From: the human T2T-CHM13v2.0 reference genome, Homo sapiens | NCBI RefSeq assembly: GCF_009914755.1 | Contig: NC_060927.1 | Length of the DNA stretch: 64,000 nucleotides | Reading direction: 5' to 3' (one strand) | Shown: one piece after another, positions 61,051 through 64,000 of the stretch | Position numbering within the stretch: the first letter of the stretch is position 1 | Layout: each line of letters opens with the position of its first letter | Program-made: the position numbers and the translations under genes | Notes under the pieces: generated by a model | Databases searched by the model: none | Told to the model about the DNA's origin: nothing | Seen by the model: the letters and a program-made list of their open reading frames with translations, nothing else

Positions 61051-61103
61051 ACACACACACACATACACAGACATATACAGACACAGACACACACATACAC
61101 ACA
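61051..61103. repeat. Imperfect (CA)n repeat
   Basis: acacacacacacatacacagacatatacagacacagacacacacatacacaca. Confidence 0.85.
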
Positions 61104-62599
61104 TGCAAAGAGGCTCACCTACAAAATATTCTATTTTGCAGAATAATTAATTGTGACTTATAACAAATTGGACAGAGTAGATTAAGGTCTACTTTAGCCA
61201 GAAGCATAATTAAGTTCCTTTTCATTCTTGAAGGCATCAACCATGTTATTGGCTATGTATTATATATAACTACAGTTTACATATTAACACTCATTAAACA
61301 TTTTAAAACATATTAATAATGACATTGTTTTATTTTTGAGTAATGGTAAGCTGTACCAATATTTTATGTGTTTATTGACCATTTTTACTTTTATGAATTG
61401 TCATTTTTGTTTTGTCTGTTTTATTTCTTATTTATATCATTGTTTACAGAGAAAAGACATCACAACTATTTGTGGCAAATAATTCTTCTGTGGGTTGATA
61501 GTCTTAGTATTTGTTTCTGATATTTATAAATATTTTAATTTAATATACTCATATTTACTTATTTTTTCTATGATCTCTTTCATGCATTTCATCCAGAATT
61601 TCTTTTTTAATCCAGTCTACTATTAACCAATATTTCTTTTTCTCCTTTTCTTATTTCTCTTCTTCTCCTTCTCCCTATTTTCCTCCTCCTTCCTTTTTTG
61701 ATATTTTAAATTTTTGCAACTTGACTCTTGATTCTTCCTGGAATTTATTTAGTATATGGCATATTAAAGATATAACTTTATTTGGCTGTTTCTCTAAAAA
61801 ATATTTATAAACTAATTTAATTCAAATAAACACTCAGGAGAACTTCTTTGGGAACCTGGCAAAATGAATTTAAAATTTTTTCATATTCTAGATTTTTCTA
61901 GAAAATAAAAAAAATACCTTATGTGTTATATATTAAAATATATGATAAAATTCCAATAATGATAACAGTTTGGTTTTAAATCAAGAATCAATAAACAAAC
62001 CAACAGAACAAATCAGATTGTTCAAAAGTAAACTCTCATATAAAATAAGAAGGGCATCACAAATAACAAGGAAATAAAGGATTGTTCAGTAGCCGTGGGA
62101 CAACTGGGTAACTATCTCTTCCATTCATGTTAAAATGTATATCTTCCTGTCATTTAGATATATATTTGTAGACAAAATTTGTATTTCCTTCATTTTTCAT
62201 AGTTTGATTTTTAATATACAGCAACCAACTGGAATTTATTTTATAATGTTATAAAGTGAGAATTAAAATTTGATTTATGGCTAACCAGTAGTCCCAGAAG
62301 CATTTATTGACAAACTCTTCTCTAACTGATTTCTTATGTCTCCTTTTTGTACATTTATGCTCATACATTCACATGTACATGCATACACAGAGAGGTCTAT
62401 TTCTAGCCCGTTTGTACAACAAAAACAAGACGGTTCTAGTTCGTACACTTCTGTCTCAGGAGGGAAGATGGACATTTTAAAAGGCAATCAAACTAAAAAG
62501 CTATAAGTTATAATTGAGGAAGACTCTTATGCTTCTACCTAAAGTCTATTGTTAGGGTTCTATAACATTTATATATAAAATATCTATTCACTCTATTCT

Positions 62600-63060
62600 T
62601 TCTTTCTATGTGACCTCATCTATTTTTTTTTTTTTGGCCTTTAATTTCATCAATATGAAGATGGCTCAGAATGTATATTTCCACCTCTGATATCCTCCCT
62701 GCTCTCCAGTCTCACATGTGCAACTGCCTACTTCACATAATTACTTAAATGTTGCAAAGACATCTCAAATTCAACATGATCAAAGCACAAGTCTTGAATT
62801 TCCCACTAAACATGGTCCTCCCCTGGTCTTCTCCATTATGATGGTCACATCCTCCAACCAGCTGGGCAAGGCAGAAATTAAGAGAACCCCACACAACTCT
62901 GTCTCCTATCACAACCAAACTTTCATGATATCTGTCAACTTAGTCTCTGAAGTCTATCTTAAATGTGCCAAATCTCTCCACTTACACCACATGTACATAA
63001 TTTCATCTCTCACCTGAACAATATCATTAGCTTCAAACTCGTCTCTGTGCTTTTGCTCCT
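62600..63060 (-). mobile_element. L2 fragment
   Basis: caactgcctacttcacat...gacatctcaaattcaacatgatcaaa. Confidence 0.65.
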
Positions 63061-63321
63061 TTTTATTTTTTAATGTATATTTACAATACGATTTAAAAAT
63101 AGTACTAAAAGGTGAATTCCAAAAACTACAGTCTCTTGCCTACCATGACTTAGGTATTTCATCCACAACAACCTTCTAATTTTTTAAACGATTTCTCTGA
63201 AAATTTATCCTTATATTTCTCAGTATCAGTTTTAATCATATTAATCAATTTCCCATTACAGTAAATGAATATTAAGTTATTTATTAAACACCTCCCCTTC
63301 CCTTCATTCTTGATGATATAA

Positions 63322-63622
<301 letters not shown>

Positions 63623-64000
63623 AACAAAATTTTTTATAATTCAATAACGACTTTTTATGAGGGACATGCAAATACAAGAACTAGTTTACCATGCTTATAT
63701 TTCTTTTTCTTTACACCTGTAAATTTTTTTAAAGTTAATAAAAACTTCATATTCCTATTTGCTCATTCACATCCATTATGTATCCATCAAATTAATCAAC
63801 CATATTAAATAATCATGAGTTCTTTTTTTACCCTGGAGACTTCTTTTCTGGTGGCCTCCACCCTCCTGCTCCAGTCTGGACAATTTGCTCTCTAGACCCA
63901 ATATTCAGCCGTCCTGCTGAGACTTTTATTTTTGATTTCCTGTTTTAAGTAACTCAGTATTCAAGCTCTCCATCTTTCTCTTAATTGTTCATTCCCTCTT

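Overview
Primate genomic DNA, most likely human or great ape, from an olfactory-receptor cluster. It resembles the OR5H/OR5K cluster on chr3 (recognised from the proteins, not from a database search). The window holds one intact OR coding exon (OR5K4-like, 59549-60514), one triply disrupted OR pseudogene (OR5H8-like, 17617-18547) and a very dense, nested set of L1, Alu, ERV LTR, ERV-L internal, Tigger, L2 and MIR elements. There are no prokaryotic features or CRISPR arrays, and nearly all short ORFs in the track derive from repeats. The main unexplained structure is an ancient duplication: about 9.4-16.1 kb (the upstream region, 5' exon and intron of the OR5H pseudogene) is repeated at about 27.2-34.3 kb. 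The second copy keeps EBF/homeodomain-like motifs and a 48-nt exon with intact splice sites. Its OR coding exon is missing, because homology stops at a 3'-truncated L1. This is a candidate orphan OR promoter unit. A second notable structure is a 181-bp copy of an L1's own ORF1 segment inserted into its ORF2. I see no evidence for a wholly new gene system. Repeat subfamily names come from recalled consensus sequences and most boundaries are approximate.
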